A stretch of DNA of 63,951 nt, counting the filler, from Saprolegnia diclina VS20 (lineage: Eukaryota): assembly GCF_000281045.1 (NCBI RefSeq). It is 4 parts of 2 records of this genome, joined end to end, with 100 filler letters (N's around TTAATTAATTAA, not from the genome) between each part and the next. Parts side by side here need not be neighbours in the genome. Positions count along the whole stretch, not along the records: positions 1 to 25,410 come from NW_008246076.1; positions 25,511 to 52,044 come from NW_008246076.1; 2 more parts are not named here. One strand, 5' to 3'. Of this stretch, positions 23,217 through 33,957 are shown piece after piece. The first letter of the stretch is position 1. The number at the start of each line of letters is the position of its first letter. The translations under genes and the position numbers were made by a program. Below the pieces are notes generated by a model. That model did no database searches, was not told the origin of the DNA, and saw only the letters and a program-made list of their open reading frames with translations.

Positions 23217-25410
23217 AGGAACAAAAGTGTGTGTGCAGGAGCCGGCCAGTTGAAGACTGAACAGGGTTGTTGAAGTCGGAAAATGTGCACTTCGAAGCGT
23301 TGTAGAGTTACCACTGCACGTACCGACTGGTACTGCCGGGGGGTTGTAATAGCGATGATAATGTGACGAAGATCGTGTGGACGAAGACGCACCAATATGT
23401 AGAATATATTGCGTCGGGTTGCCAGTCGCGATGGACGCGAGGTGGATGCAGCAGAGGACGATCAAGGATTTGGCCCACAGCAAACTCGAAAAGTAACTTT
23501 ATTTGTAGAGATTTCGGAGAAACTAACACGATACGGTTCAGTGTTGGTCGGGACGTTAACGGACATGCCAAAGGACGCAGTAGGAGAAAGACGCATCGCG
23601 TTGTGCGGCCCAAGGGCAACGTCGCTGGGTGATTGTCAAAGAAACGGAGACACATTTCACGGAGCCAATCCGCACCCAAGGCGAGTGATATTTCCGCCAA
23701 TCAGAGGCCGAGCGACTCATCCGCACCGGTCGTGTCCATATTGCGGGTTTTCTTCAACAACTATGTAACTTTTGAGAAACGAATATGAAAACATGGTTTA
23801 GAGGCATGTCCAGTCCGTTTGATGCCACAATTCTCGGTAGGCGCAAGAGACAAAAGTGTCAACCAACGACGCTCGTAGAACCTCGGACCTCTGCAGCTTG
23901 ATTGTGACGTTGAGAGGGAGCAGGAAGCTTGCACCACGAAAAAGCGGTGCGACTGCGATCGGTCGGCAGCTGCGTCGTGCGACCTCACAATCGATCGCGC
24001 TCGTGTCTGTGTAGGGACGTGGGCGGTGTTGGATGTACCCACGTGTACCGACCGCTCTCGTGCTCACATTATTACATTGACGCGCACAAGGTTGCACGAT
24101 GGTTCACCACAAAGCATGTTCTGAGAGGCCGTCCCAGGATGAGAGAGTGCGAATATGCACGGAAACAAGCGCGCTAGAACAAGAGGCAACTAGAGTTGCA
24201 TCCCATCGCTCTAGTTGATTGATAGGTCGAGAGAAAGCGACACCAGTAGAGAGATTCTCATTGCGAAAGCGCTGGCAAATGCCGATTAATGTGCAAGTAA
24301 CCATCGGCCCTTCTGGCGTTTTCGCTTTGCAGCTGACGGCCAAAGAGAATTGAAATGGAAGCGTCTTGAGTTTGAGAGTGTCGACCTTTGTTTCTCAACT
24401 GCACCACGATGCTTACATCACCAACGTCGCTGCGGGAGAAGCTAAAGCTGGAGAGACAGAAACAATGGTTAGCGATGTGGTTGTCGAGATGACGATGCTG
24501 TGTAGCCGACGCAGAGCCAGAGCTCGGCCATGTAGCGCCGTTATCCAGAATGGCACACGAGCTGGCAAGGATACGCTGCCCAGGACGAGTTATGTGGCGT
24601 CGACACGACCTCGGCGTACTCATCCATCATACAGCTTTCTGCGAAACGGGCACATCATGGCGAGGGTATTGAAGCAGCACCTTCTTCCCTTGCTGTCCAG
24701 ATTGGTCGAGAGAGTCGCAGTACGGGTCCGAGTGACGGCCAATTGCCCAACGTGACTCACTCGCCACAACCACCGTAGGCGCGCCGAGTGTCCGTAGAAT
24801 GTACACATTCTACATGTACCTACTACACTATCTCCATGGCAAAAACCACCATGCGTAGTGGACGGGTGTTAATGGCACGGCACTTGCCCGGTTTGATGCG
24901 TCGACAGTGCGTTATCGTGGATGGTCCACAGTTGACTTCACTGCAGCACTCACAGCAAGCTCTAGCAAGCTCTATTGACGTGACTGTGTGAGACGCGTAG
25001 TACCCTGAAAGAACTGCAGTGTTCGGAGAGTTCGCACCCTGGAGGAAGCCAGGTCGGCGCCCGTGTTGCGGATAGATTTAGGGATTTCGTGCTTGCGTGA
25101 AATGTCACGCGTCTAGTGTTTGTGCACACACCGTCGGGCGTGTCGTCTCAGCGCCCTTCATACTCGCGTCGCTGGCAGTGTCGCTGGCAAATGCGTCGAC
25201 GCCAAATGACCGCGCATGTCCTTGGACGCGGTTGACATTGCAGTTAGATCCGTTCTTGGCTGATCGCGCGCGTGATTGGAGTTGGGTATGCATGCTAGTG
25301 ATGGGCGCCATTTTGCCGTCCCACGTGGCGTAATGTTGTTGACGGAATTCGCTTAAGCGAGCACACGCGCAGGCCTCTACGCCCCAGCTGCCGTCGACTT
25401 CAACCTCACC

Positions 25411-25510
25411 NNNNNNNNNNNNNNNNNNNNNNNNNNNNNNNNNNNNNNNNNNNNTTAATTAATTAANNNNNNNNNNNNNNNNNNNNNNNNNNNNNNNNNN
25501 NNNNNNNNNN
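25411..25510. other. Artificial scaffold linker N44-TTAATTAATTAA-N44
   Basis: Identical 100-nt spacer with six-frame stops occurs three times in the window. Confidence 0.97.
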
Positions 25511-26099
25511 AGCACCGTTGGTTGCTCCCTCAGAGGAGGTGTCGACGGAGCACCCGAAAGAGACCAGTACATGAGTGGCCGTCGTCGATTCGTCAATAGT
25601 ACCGCCGTCTACCGCCCTTGCACAAGATATTCGCGATGTGCACGTTGCAGTGCGTATATTCTGTAAAATCCAGTGGTCCTGATCACTGTCGTGTTCGGCA
25701 ACGTCCAGCTCAACCGTGGGTTCTCGGTCGTACATCATTGGTGAATTCGGTGTGTTAACTGGACCGGGGAATTATATACGGATAATATATTTAACCGGAC
25801 ACAATACGGTTGTATCCGCCAAGATGGCTCGTTCCCTTGCCAGCCCAGATTGAAGTTGGATGCCAGCTTACGCTCAGTGGTGTGCTTTAACATGGAATAG
25901 CAGGGGTCTCTAAAGCTGTTGCTTATCCGAGTCAGCTTTGCCGCTGTCCTGTCTCCTGGTGTTCTTCAGCCCTCGGCACACACAGGCTCTCTTTGAAACA
26001 CGGACTGGTTGGACTGCTTTCGTGTTCACAAAATTCTTTTGTTGAAAACTTGTTCTGTGTACGTGGAATCCACAAGTGTAGCCGTCGATCGATCGTGCC

Positions 26100-26464
26100 A
26101 GTGCAGTGGACTGCTTCAACCAACGGAGGAGCAACAGAAATGAACTTCTGAGGTTGTGGCCCAAGATCTGCTCAATTTCGCAGTCCTTGAAGAGAATGGC
26201 GTTGCCGAGCCACCCGTCCTTGACGGCGTCGGCGAAAATGCCCCACAGGGCAAGGCGGACCGTGCCGCTGCCGTCGTTGGAGTGCCGATGAGCGTGAGCA
26301 CACGTTTGGACGCCCAACGAAGTCGAGTACAACTGCGGGTACTGGCGACCGCTCTTTGCCGATTGGCTCGCGTCCGGGCATGCGACGCACCTCGGCATTA
26401 TCGGACTCACATGCGATGACACTGTCGGCTTTGCACGGGCGATCGCCGTCACGACGTCGCTCAC
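26100..26464 (-). pseudogene. OB-fold (RPA/SSB-like) coding remnant, or an unresolved spliced gene
   Basis: DGSGTVRLALWGIFADAV..GNAILFKDC resembles the OB-fold D.SG.I.L.LW motif; neighbouring frames are interrupted by stops. Confidence 0.35.
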
Positions 26465-26976
26465 AAGCCTTCAGCTTGCCGTGACCTTTGGTGTGCTGCA
26501 AGGCTTGGTTGACATCGCCACCCCGCTAAAGGCCATCACAAAGCTACGACTAGCGCCCAAGAACGCGTAGTGGCATCGCTTCCACCGATGCTGTATCGTC
26601 GTCGGGGATGCAAATGGGCGGCAGCGTCCCGTCATCTTGAAAGGCGTGCACGTCGGCCTGGCCGGGCGCGCTATTATGCAAGTGGTGTGGATGATAGCTG
26701 GCCGCAATAGCTGCGGCCAAGTCTGCTATCGCGCGTTTTCTGCGTTGCACAATGCGCGCCTTTTCCTGCACGTGGCCAATGAGAACGTAGCTGCGGGTTC
26801 ATTTTGCCCAATCAATTATCATACTGCACCGACAAGGACAAAGACGGCATCAATCGCCAGTGAGCTGGTGTCACCACCACGAGGTTCTACCAGTATCACT
26901 CTTGAATATACAGCCTCGTGCCAACGTCTTCTCTTGCTTCACGCATTGTAACGCCGTGTCCCTATACTCGCACACA

Positions 26977-28035
26977 ATGCATCGATTCCACCGCCTCAAC
27001 TGTCGCTTCTTCTCGACAACTCATCGCAGCCAGCACTCGGACCTCGTCGGCGCGACAGCACACATGCTCAAGCAGGCAGTCTTGCCGCTGGTCACCTCGA
27101 AAGGCACGGCCTCGCCGCTCACGCTTCGGGTGCTGGACGCTGGCGCCGGCGGCCATTCGATGCCACTGCTCTCGACCGTACTCACGCAGTGCGAGCAGCT
27201 CGTTCCGTGGGAGACTCGTCGCGAGTATCTCGCCTTGCACGCGTCCAGCAGCCGCGCCGATGTATCGGCGCTCGTCGATGCGCTGGCGTCGGACCATTCG
27301 TACGTGCCGTCGCACGCGAATGCGTTCGCCGGTGTCCTCCACAACAGCAACTTTCAGCAGCTCGTGCCACACAACTCGGTGGACCTCTGCGTCTCGTACG
27401 CTGCGCTCCAGTGGCTTTCCATGTTGCCGTCGTCCGTGCCAGGGCCGATGCTCACGCCCGACAACGTCTCGGGCGACGTGACGTGGCAAGCGGCAGCGAC
27501 CGCCGACTTGACCGCCTTTCTCACGTTACGTGCGGCCGAAGTCGTCGACGACGGCGTATTGTCGATGACGCTCATGGCCGACGTCGGCGCGTCGACCATG
27601 GGCTTGATGGTGTCGGCGGTCGAGTCGGCGCTCACAGACCTCGTAGCGCTCGATCTGCTTTCGCCGACCTCGCTCGACGCGATCGCCATTGGCTGGTACC
27701 TGCGCAGCATGGACGACGTGGCTACCGCAGCCAGTGTCGTCGTCGACAAGTGGGACCGCATCGAGCTGCGCGCGATCTCGTTGCCGATGCAGACGCCGAA
27801 TGCAACCGCGATGGCCATGTCCATCCTCTCGCTCTTGGGGCCCGCGCTGGCGTCGGGCTTGACGGAGCTCGAGCGATCCAACCCAGCGCTGGAGAGTGCG
27901 CTGATCGAGCGCTTGACTGCGCGCTTTACCGAGCCTGTCTGCGTCCGTGACAAGACCGCACCGCTCTATGACGTCATGACGATCGACTACATTTACGCAG
28001 CGTTCGCGCGCCGCCACCGCGCGCTTTCGATCTAG
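26977..28035 (+). CDS. SABATH-like (Methyltransf_7) SAM-dependent carboxyl methyltransferase
   Basis: LRVLDAGAGG; QQLVPHNSVDLCVSYAALQWLSMLP; WQAAATADLTAFLTLRAAEVVDDGVLSMT. Confidence 0.8.
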   Translation: MHRFHRLNCRFFSTTHRSQHSDLVGATAHMLKQAVLPLVTSKGTASPLTLRVLDAGAGGHSMPLLSTVLTQCEQLVPWETRREYLALHASSSRADVSALVDALASDHSYVPSHANAFAGVLHNSNFQQLVPHNSVDLCVSYAALQWLSMLPSSVPGPMLTPDNVSGDVTWQAAATADLTAFLTLRAAEVVDDGVLSMTLMADVGASTMGLMVSAVESALTDLVALDLLSPTSLDAIAIGWYLRSMDDVATAASVVVDKWDRIELRAISLPMQTPNATAMAMSILSLLGPALASGLTELERSNPALESALIERLTARFTEPVCVRDKTAPLYDVMTIDYIYAAFARRHRALSI

Positions 28036-28334
28036 TCGGAAACGATTCTCGGTGAAGCAGATTTCGGCCAGATTTCAGATTTCAGATGTAAGAAACAAAA
28101 CACCAGCTTACATTCTAGTGTGTTTGTCTCGGTGCTCGGAGCCGTCCTATTCCTTCAAGTAGTAGTACTGAGTACTAGCACACTCTGGTAGGAGTCTGCT
28201 AGCAGGTAGAATGCAGATGCGCTCTCCTCTCTACCAGAACGCGCGCCTGCGATGGCGTCTCCATCACTCTTCTCTGCCGACCTCGGTGCGAGCACATTTA
28301 CGGTCCTGCTGGACAGTCACATGGGAGGGATGTA

Positions 28335-28997
28335 TTACGCCGTCTCCTTGCGCTGTGTCGGGAGCCACCGATGATCCTTGTTGGCGTTCTTCTTGCGGCG
28401 CTTGGCCATAAACTTGGAGAGCCGACCCGACTCTTGGAGCTCGTCGTACTTGGCCTTGAGCTCGACCTGCTTCTTGTCTTTGCGCTTGAGGTAGAACGCG
28501 CTCTTGCCGTTCGCGACGGCTTCGCGCTCTTCGCGCTTGCGCTTCTGCGTCGCCTCGCGGATCTTGTCGGCGCGGTGCGTCTCGGCGCGCTCCTGCTTGC
28601 GTGACGCGAGCTCTTCCTTGAGCGCGGCCTTGCGCGTCGCGCTCTTGGCCTTCTTGAGCTGCTTCTTGACCTCGTCGAGCTCGGCGTCCTTGTAGTCTTC
28701 GAGAAACGTGTACGCCTTCTTGAAGAGGTCTTCGTTGAGCTTGCCGCTCGCCGCGTCAAAGCGCGGGTCGCGCGACGCCTTCTTTCGGATCTGAAGCACC
28801 TCGCGGAAGCGAGCGACCGGTCGCTTGGAGGTCATCTCGCGCGGGCAGTTCTTGTTGGCGCGCTTCGTGGTGGGCCCATCGTCGTCGTCGCCACTGCCTT
28901 CGTCCGAGGACGCGGCCTTGGGCGCGTTGGCGAAGCCGCTCTTCTTGAGCGCCAAGCGCTCTTCGATCGTTAGGTCGGCGTCGTTGCCCTTGGCCAT
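28335..28997 (-). CDS. RRP36: rRNA biogenesis protein RRP36 (DUF947)
   Basis: PREMTSKRPV, RDPRFD, FKKAYTFL, GKSAFYLK, KRRKKNANKD. Confidence 0.92.
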   Translation of the reverse strand: MAKGNDADLTIEERLALKKSGFANAPKAASSDEGSGDDDDGPTTKRANKNCPREMTSKRPVARFREVLQIRKKASRDPRFDAASGKLNEDLFKKAYTFLEDYKDAELDEVKKQLKKAKSATRKAALKEELASRKQERAETHRADKIREATQKRKREEREAVANGKSAFYLKRKDKKQVELKAKYDELQESGRLSKFMAKRRKKNANKDHRWLPTQRKETA

Positions 28998-29431
28998 GCT
29001 TGCTACAAGTACTGGATCATTGGTCCCAAAACTGATTGGTCGAAAGCCCTTCGATCGAAGTTTCTTAAATTCGGCATCCTTGCTGCCTCGATCTGTACGA
29101 CGCAAAAGAGGTGCGCGCGCTTGCAGCCCGTACCAAAGGAATGCAAGTACAAACATGCGTTCTTCTCACTGCGCAAGGCGCGATGCCAACGGCGCGGCAA
29201 TCGGCTCGTTGTGGCAGCGGATCTGCTCTTGCGGGACGGTGTTCTGTGCTGCAAGGTGGCATCTGCCGAATCCTCCCGTAGTACATTTTTCGGATTAATA
29301 TCAGATACAAAGTACCAATAGTTCTGAGGGCGTTTAATTAATTACAAAGGGGGCACGAAGTTCGAAGTGGACCTCGATTCGGATTGGCTACTGAGTCGCC
29401 TTTCGCAGCCCATATTTGCTCTGCCCACGTC

Positions 29432-30889
29432 ATGGCGCCGGCGAGGTCGGTCGGCGCAGCGCTCTGGGAGGCCGCCCGCCACGGCAAGCTCGACGACCTC
29501 AAGAAGCTCCTCAGGCGCATTAGCAGCGACATTTCGCTCAAGCCCATGCTCGAGTTCCGCCACCCGATGGAGGGCACGACGCCGCTGCTCGCCGCCACCT
29601 TGCACAACCACGCGGCCGCGCTTCTGCTGCTCATCGAAGCAGGCGTCCGTGTCCACGCGACGACGCGAACCAAGAAGAAGAGCACGCCGCTCCACGTCGC
29701 TGCGTACTATGGCTACGACGCGATTGTGCGGCTCTTGCTCCAGCACGGCGCCGACGTCTACCGCCAGAACGCGCTCGGTCTTTTGCCGCTGGACGTCGCA
29801 CGCTTCAAGGTTCAGACGGCGTGCGTCGATGCGCTTCTGCGTGCGATGGAAGTGTTCCAGGCGCCCATGAGTTATCGCAACGCGGCCAAGGTCTTCAAGA
29901 GCTGGCGGCGCTGCTTTGTGCGGCTGCTGCGTGTCTCGGGTGAAAAAGCCACGCCGCAGTACGAGCTCGCGTTCTACCCGACCAAGGACAGCGTGTGCCC
30001 AACCAAAGTCGCTTGGTTCAACCCGCAAGTCTCTGTCCTGGAGGCCCACCCCGACGACGCGCTGGAGCTCCGGTTTACACCGGCGGCGATCTGGGTTCCG
30101 TACCGTCCATCGACGTTTACCCGCGACGTGGGCGCTTTGCCGCGAGCCAAGCAGCAACCTCGGGCCTTCCGCCTCCTCGTCGAATCGGCAAATGCGGTGC
30201 AAGAGTGGTGCAACATTGGGATTGTCGTGGCCGTGCAGAGCCGCCGACACGCCAACGCCGCCGACGTCTTTGTCCCACAAGCCACCAACCCGTATGCTGA
30301 CGGCATTGCCGAGTTTATTGCAGCATCGCTGGCTGCGAACGAAAAGCATCAAGTGCACGCAACCACGAGCCGTGCAGCACCGCCCAGTCCAGCCAGCAAC
30401 CCCGCCAGTCCAGCCAGCAACCCCGCCAGTCCAGCCAGCAACCCCGTCAGTCCAGCAAGTATGCCATCGAGTCCAATCTTTTCCCTGCCCTCAGCATGCA
30501 AACCACCGAGCCCAGGAGTCACTCATCGACCAAGCTCCCGAACGAATTTGCCTTTCAACTTTGACAAGCTCGCCATCGGTCCTGTGGCGGCACAGCCACT
30601 GCCAGCGTCTGCACCGTCGTTTCCGGGGTTGATGGCAGCACCAAGCGCGCCGCCCCTCGACGAGACACTTCCTGTGCACGTGCGTGGGCCGCCGCCGTCG
30701 TACCGGCAAGCCATCACGTCGCATGCGAACGACGGCGCCGAGTGCATCATTTGCTTGGACGCCCCAAAGAACAGCGTGACGCTTCCGTGCCGGCATCTTG
30801 CGTGCTGTAGCCGCTGCCTCGCACAAGACGTCTCGCTCTGTCCTGTCTGCCGCGCCCCCATCGAATCGGTGCTTCAAGTGTTTACTTGA
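29432..30889 (+). CDS. Ankyrin + PH-like + PSAP/PPxY + RING E3 ligase (XBAT34/35-like), copy 2; intronless
   Basis: Ankyrin repeats (GTTPLLAA, STPLHVAA); KSWRRCFV..YELAFY (PH-like); AAPSAPPL and PPPSY; ECIICLDAPK..LPCRHLACCSRC..CPVCR. Confidence 0.9.
   Translation: MAPARSVGAALWEAARHGKLDDLKKLLRRISSDISLKPMLEFRHPMEGTTPLLAATLHNHAAALLLLIEAGVRVHATTRTKKKSTPLHVAAYYGYDAIVRLLLQHGADVYRQNALGLLPLDVARFKVQTACVDALLRAMEVFQAPMSYRNAAKVFKSWRRCFVRLLRVSGEKATPQYELAFYPTKDSVCPTKVAWFNPQVSVLEAHPDDALELRFTPAAIWVPYRPSTFTRDVGALPRAKQQPRAFRLLVESANAVQEWCNIGIVVAVQSRRHANAADVFVPQATNPYADGIAEFIAASLAANEKHQVHATTSRAAPPSPASNPASPASNPASPASNPVSPASMPSSPIFSLPSACKPPSPGVTHRPSSRTNLPFNFDKLAIGPVAAQPLPASAPSFPGLMAAPSAPPLDETLPVHVRGPPPSYRQAITSHANDGAECIICLDAPKNSVTLPCRHLACCSRCLAQDVSLCPVCRAPIESVLQVFT
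30384..30458 (+). repeat. 21-bp coding tandem repeat (SPASNPA, ~3 copies)
   Basis: CCAGTCCAGCCAGCAACCCCG repeated in frame. Confidence 0.9.
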
Positions 30890-30999
30890 TGCTAAAGTTA
30901 TAAACGTTCAACTTGTCTGCGTTCGCATGATACCCCAATTTTGCATTCCGAAATAAATAACAACAGCGACGACAACTACAACTACTGTCGGTAAGAAAC

Positions 31000-31692
31000 T
31001 CACTTGTCTTGTTCGTGGATGGCAGTGGAGGGAGTGCTGATAGCAATTGAAACGTGGTCGGCACTCGGTGGTGTAGCCAGCACGTCGTCGTCGTCGTCGC
31101 GGGGGGTCGGCGTTGCCAATGCCGTCGCTGCGAGGCTTGGGCGGCGCCACGCCGGCTGCCCCATCGCACAGAGCAGCTGGATTGGAATAGCCACCGACTC
31201 GATCGTGCACATGCCAATGAGGTGGAGAAAATCGAACGAGCCATTTTGCACCGCAAACGTGCTGCCGTGCATGACGAGGGCGGCGCCGAGCGTCGAGGTC
31301 GCCACGATGAGCGCGTTGCGTTCCGTACATCGGAGAAAGAGCAGTGCGACGAACGCCGCCCAGACGCCCGCCACGATCCCAAACGCGACGTCGACCACCG
31401 GACGCATCGCGTAAGCGCTAATGGCGCCGACGGCTGCCATGGCCAGCGCGATCAAGGTCAGCGTGGTCAAGCGCATGGCCTCGTCGAGGCCACCGTGGCG
31501 GTGGCCCGCGTAAAAGACAAGGGTGACGATCGCAATAGGTACGATCGCGGCGAGAGGCGAGACGTAGAAGGTAAAGAGACTGCCGAGGAGACCGAGGAAG
31601 AGCGCAATCATGTAGGCGAGGCGGTAGCCGAGGCAGCAGCACGTGACCCCGAGGAGGACAAAGGTCGTTGCGACCGGCGAGTAGTCGGCCAT
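31000..31692 (-). CDS. Multi-pass membrane protein, probably DUF4203/TMEM198-like
   Basis: ~7 hydrophobic segments; CCLGYRL and LIVATSTLGA motifs. The 3' end may be spliced. Confidence 0.65.
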   Translation of the reverse strand: MADYSPVATTFVLLGVTCCCLGYRLAYMIALFLGLLGSLFTFYVSPLAAIVPIAIVTLVFYAGHRHGGLDEAMRLTTLTLIALAMAAVGAISAYAMRPVVDVAFGIVAGVWAAFVALLFLRCTERNALIVATSTLGAALVMHGSTFAVQNGSFDFLHLIGMCTIESVAIPIQLLCAMGQPAWRRPSLAATALATPTPRDDDDDVLATPPSADHVSIAISTPSTAIHEQDK

Positions 31693-33629
31693 CGTAGTGA
31701 GAACGAGCGCGCAAGTTTGTGAATAAATGCGTCGTACAATCATCGCGAAATGATCCGGTGGCCTATTATAGGCCAGACATTACGTCGTAAACGGCTAGCT
31801 TTGTCAGCTGGGTGCACGCCGGTCCAGACGTCAACCAACCCGATAGCCAGCCGGTTTCATTGTTACATATGTTTGCGTTATCTAATTTGCTCGTTTCGTC
31901 AAACCCTTGCCGGTACGATACGTTCGAGAGGCGACAACAGCACTTCGTACTACCGTGTTCAATGTGAACACGGGAAGTGATTGGAACAGATTTGGAGGTG
32001 TGCTCTTGATGCAGCCCATGCATTGACGTGCACTTGTTGTTAGAAAATATGCTCGCTTTCTATGGCAGTTACCTTTGAACGTGAGCAAATGTAACACGAT
32101 TTTTGTTGATGGACCATCATACGCTTTAGACAGTGCAGACACTACGTGCAAGTATACAAAGTTGCCTTCAAGCCGCCCAGCGAACGACGTTGCGTCGTCG
32201 TCTGGTCAACTGAGAAGATTCGGAGAACCCGCTTGAGTCCTCGTTTCAAAACATCTCTTATAGCAAAACACAACGAATAAGCTCAGCGATCCAGGCGTAT
32301 TGTGGTCGACAGGCGGAAGGCATAAGCGCGGAGATGCTGCTCAACGACAACGACAACGTGCGCAGTTCTTGTCCGCGAAGGGTTGCGCACTAGAATGCAA
32401 AATCGCCATCGATTGGCCATAGAGTCGGTCGGGATCCAACTTGCGTGATCCATCCATGAAGAATTGGTACAGTGCAGCACGAGTAGATGTTATACCAGCA
32501 TCCATGAAGCGGTCCCGGCTCTTTTGAAGAGCGACGCAATTTCCCCACAAAAAGTTTTCTGGAAGCGTCGAGAGACAGTCATCTAGGCCATCACATCACA
32601 AGGACTGTACTACTGCAACATGACCACACGTAGGTGCCACAATGCACGACAATGTACTGGAATTAGGGACCCGAACTCAAATGCATAGCAGTCAGTACTA
32701 GTAGGTCGTCGACTAGGTAGACGGACAAAACGACTCGATATTCCGCACAACACAGCGTTAGAGACAGCCACCACGTGAACTTCGTTGTAGTCGTCTCGAA
32801 AGCGTCGTCTACGGATTCGTACGAGGTGCACGCCTTGCCCGGTGCAAGAGCAGGCAGACTGGGTACGCCACTCTGCAGCTCTCTCTGGTAACTATCGGCA
32901 ATACACTTCTTCATACTGATTCACACAAAGGAGCAACGTGAAGGACAGCGTCTAGAGCGTGCGGTAGTTTCCATACAGGAATAATATGCTGGCTGACGCC
33001 AGTGGCCTCGGTACATGAGTAGAGTCGTCGCGAGGCAACATCTAGCAGTCGCTTGGGCTTGCGACTGCCCTCCGCGAGCTCGTTACTAGCAGCTCGCCAA
33101 CGACGAGCGACTCGTGTTGTTACGTATAGTACGCTATCGCATCGATCGCGCGCTCGCCTGTCGAGGACACAAATCCCCTAATCATTTGCTCTAGCTACTA
33201 ACTTCACTGTGTAATGCTACAGTGCAAGCATGCAGACATCGAGTAAGCGTCGCAGGATGCGTTGACAGCGATGCCAACGCTGCGCCCACTCGTTCGACAC
33301 GAAAGACGCCACCAACGAACAACTCGCTACATGACAGTTGATAGAAGGGCGGTATGGGAATAGGTTATGCCGTAGTGTAGCCTTCGCAGCGTTACGTACT
33401 AGTACAGCTTGTCAAGAGCCACCGAGATGACTCTTGCTGCTGTACATGTAAACAAGAAGCGGACTCGTTGCATGCCCCACACCCGTGTTTGGGAGAGATA
33501 GATGGTTTTCATCACCACCTGAGTGAGTCTATGAACGGATGTTGTTATGCAGAGGTGTCCTAGTTTGTGCCGGAGCACGCGTGCACCAGCTCAACTGCAT
33601 CAATGGATCTTCCAGCTTCTTGCTTCACC

Positions 33630-33705
33630 TTTTAGCTTTTAGCTTTTAGCTTTTAGCTTTTAGCTTTTAGCTTTTAGCTTTTAGCTTTTAGCTTTTAGCT
33701 TTAGC
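33630..33705 (+). repeat. (TTTTAGC)10 heptamer microsatellite
   Basis: Ten perfect units plus a final TTTAGC. Confidence 0.97.
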
Positions 33706-33923
33706 CCCTACGTGGATTCTATGGGGCATTTTTACTTCAGTATGGAAAAAGGTCCTTGCCGTACCGAGTAGCTGCGACCTACCGTTCAAAGACGCTAGTT
33801 CCAACGTCTATATACCCTAGTCGAGTTGGACAATGTCTTGGAAGAACAATTGTGTGCACAGAATTTCGTTGCCGTTGATTGGCGTTTTGGTTTCGATCTA
33901 TAAATAGCCACGCGGCGATCTCA

Positions 33924-33934
33924 GCTCATTTACG
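33924..33934 (+). promoter_or_regulatory. Oomycete Inr-like core promoter element
   Basis: GCTCATTT about 30 nt upstream of the ATG at 33958. Confidence 0.5.
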
Positions 33935-33957
33935 CTTCCAGCAGCAGCAGCGCGAGC

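Noticed and set aside
23500..25410. Short ORFs in a long intergenic stretch (possible transposon relic)
   Set aside because: No recognisable transposase, RT or integrase motif, terminal repeat or codon bias.
25455..25466. TTAATTAATTAA palindrome as a biological site
   Set aside because: Centred in identical 100-nt N spacers three times; it is an assembly linker.
32100..33600. Possible Crinkler or helicase fragments (EVHVVAV; AYAFRLS)
   Set aside because: Matches too short; no LxLFLAK motif or other helicase motifs, and frames are broken.
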